This document shows, piece by piece, positions 62,786-64,000 of a stretch of 64,000 bases of DNA. Made by a program: the position numbers and the translations under genes. Location: the IMG/VR virus record IMGVR_UViG_3300042861_001913; one strand, given 5' to 3'. This DNA is from a virus. A model generated the notes under the pieces. The model did not search any database. It saw only the letters and a list, made by a program, of their open reading frames with translations, and was not told the origin of the DNA. Positions within the stretch are counted from its first letter, which is position 1. The number at the start of each line of letters is the position of its first letter.

Positions 62786-62997
62786 TAGATGTCACTTAGA
62801 AAATAGATTATTTTTTTATTTAATGCTCGACTAAAGTTGCCTAGTCTATCTGCTGCTACAGAATACTTACCTGTCTCTATCTTACTTAATACACTTCTCT
62901 GCATAAATAGTTCCTTAGCTAACTGTTCCTGAGTTAAATTAGCTTCTTGTCTAGCTCGTTTAATTTTGTTACCGATTAACTTACGTTTATCTATCAT
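62785..62997 (-). CDS. XRE-family HTH transcriptional regulator (70 aa)
   Basis: IKRARQEANLTQEQLAKELFMQRSVLSKIETGK; stop overlaps the start of 61721..62785 (TAATG). Confidence 0.7.
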   Translation of the reverse strand: MIDKRKLIGNKIKRARQEANLTQEQLAKELFMQRSVLSKIETGKYSVAADRLGNFSRALNKKIIYFLSDI

Positions 62998-63089
62998 GTG
63001 CTTATTAAGAACAATAACCCACTATGTCTATTATATTCACTATTATGAAACATATAGAGCTAGTAGGAGTTAAATCACAATAAACAAGT

Positions 63090-64000
63090 ATGAATAAATT
63101 AGCTTATTTTTCAGCTTCTAATTTAGAAACAATAAGTGAGTCACCTAATAAGGTAATTAAGAAAGGATTAGTCCTAATTGAAGGTACTCATGTTGACTCT
63201 AAGAAGAGAACACATACATTTAGTCCAGCTAGAATACGTGAGATAGTTAGTAACTCTAATGCGTTATTTGCTAAGACTCGCATTCCAGTATTGATGGATC
63301 ATAAGAAGGAGCAATCTAGTGTTATTGGAGATGTAGAATCTCAATTTCAATGCACTACTATTAATGAAGATAATTTTCCTGGTGCTGATGATAAGGGATT
63401 AACTGGTAAGTTAGGTATCTTTGTTAATCAAATCGCAATTAAAAGTGGTGAAGCAATACGTCAGTTAAATGAAGGATTATTAAACACACTTAGTCCTGGC
63501 ATTGATGTAGTAAGTAATGCAATACGTGAAATTAGTGCAACACCTAATCCCGCCATTGCTAATCTAAGTCTATTTAAACGTGCCGAATTTGAATCAGATG
63601 CACTTACATTTGACGACTTAGAGAACAGTGATGATATGTTAGATAAGATTCGTAATCAATACGAAGATTTAACTAATAAGTTATGGGAACTAACTGAAAC
63701 TATTCAGACTATTGATGAACAAGCACTTAACGGTCAGAGTCGTGAAGAAGTACAGTATCAAGCTATTAATGATTTCGCCACTCGTTTTCTTACGTTGATT
63801 GGATCTGGTGAGGAAGAACAAGATCCTATGATGCAGGAAGCTAATGGTGGATCTTATCCGAACCAAGTGCAAGGTTATCAAGCTCAAGGTCAACAACAGA
63901 ATTGGGGTATGCCTCCTAATGATCCTAACGCTCGTTATGCTAGTGGATTACCTATTGCAGCATTTAGTATGGCTGAGATGGAAGCAGTTAATCGTGCTGA
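63090..64000 (+). CDS. prohead protease (HK97/S78-like) fused to a scaffold-like region, 3' end outside the window
   Basis: hand-translated open frame from ATG 63090 to the window end (not in the track because no stop is reached); IPVLMDHKKEQSSVIGDV resembles the protease His motif; later coiled-coil and Q/G/N-rich region. Confidence 0.55.
   Translation, partial: MNKLAYFSASNLETISESPNKVIKKGLVLIEGTHVDSKKRTHTFSPARIREIVSNSNALFAKTRIPVLMDHKKEQSSVIGDVESQFQCTTINEDNFPGADDKGLTGKLGIFVNQIAIKSGEAIRQLNEGLLNTLSPGIDVVSNAIREISATPNPAIANLSLFKRAEFESDALTFDDLENSDDMLDKIRNQYEDLTNKLWELTETIQTIDEQALNGQSREEVQYQAINDFATRFLTLIGSGEEEQDPMMQEANGGSYPNQVQGYQAQGQQQNWGMPPNDPNARYASGLPIAAFSMAEMEAVNRA

Noticed and set aside
61721-62997. 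Lysogeny module (the XRE regulator as CI-like repressor implying a temperate phage)
   Set aside because: No integrase, excisionase or attP-like feature is visible in the window. HTH regulators alone do not establish a temperate lifestyle.
338-63793. Whether the repeated GTAAGAAAAA/TTTTTCTTAC copies form a CRISPR array or are eukaryote-like splice signals (GTAAG donor, polypyrimidine tract)
   Set aside because: Copies are 10-15 nt long, kilobases apart, on both strands and inside intact ORFs. There is no repeat-spacer periodicity. The genome is densely packed with prokaryote-style overlapping genes and Shine-Dalgarno sites, so introns are not plausible.
1-64000. tRNA, tmRNA or rRNA genes
   Set aside because: I saw no T-loop-like GTTCGAATC/GTTCAAATC consensus with an appropriately placed acceptor stem, and no rRNA-like segments. 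A dedicated tRNA scan should still be run.

Overview
This 64-kb window looks like one contiguous piece of a large, very AT-rich tailed-phage genome. I recognised no rRNA, tRNA, CRISPR array or integrase. Positions 1 to about 45.3 kb form an almost unbroken leftward (minus-strand) array of tightly packed, often overlapping genes. These include replication and recombination functions: a RepA/DnaB-like helicase, a Zn-ribbon/TOPRIM primase, a PD-(D/E)XK exonuclease, an SSB-like OB-fold protein and a Sak4/AAA_24-like ATPase. They also include an RNA/tRNA-repair set (Thg1-like enzyme, T4-type Pnkp, T4 Rnl1-like ligase), ClpS, a phage Dam-type methyltransferase, and three AAA+ ATPases, two of which pair with VWA proteins as a tandemly duplicated cassette. 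Many genes are ORFans. Positions 45.3-45.7 kb are a divergent control region rich in palindromes. Positions 45.7-64 kb are the mostly rightward packaging/head module: TerS-like, TerL, HU-like, RHH, two KilA-N-nuclease fusions, a 1038-aa MuF-like protein, and a prohead protease/scaffold gene starting at 63090 that runs off the window. Six things are not explained by routine annotation. (1) A 10-mer, GTAAGAAAAA, occurs 28 times on both strands, in genes (all phases) and between genes, plus 16 copies with only four A. (2) About ten proteins around TerL and between MuF and the protease share short basic tag peptides (KVKSYxRKGKxVxxYxR or FARRxGSKDKKKRK) plus glycine-zipper hydrophobic segments; some carry kinase-like, alpha/beta-hydrolase or AT-hook modules. 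(3) A GC-richer, cyanobacterium-like island at about 36.8-40.8 kb contains a HIP1 octamer, lacks the phage 10-mer, and encodes a tandem FGE-sulfatase (C-type-lectin fold) protein with two DGR-VR-like hypervariable patches and a small 2H-phosphoesterase-like protein. (4) A family of clamp-conserved, stem-covarying hairpins flanks small ORFs at the island edge. (5) There is one ORF interrupted by an in-frame TGA and one gene needing a -1 frame change. (6) A 700-bp stretch has no long ORF. The cyanophage assignment is an inference from the island content, not a database result. All coordinates, counts and translations were done by hand and should be recomputed.
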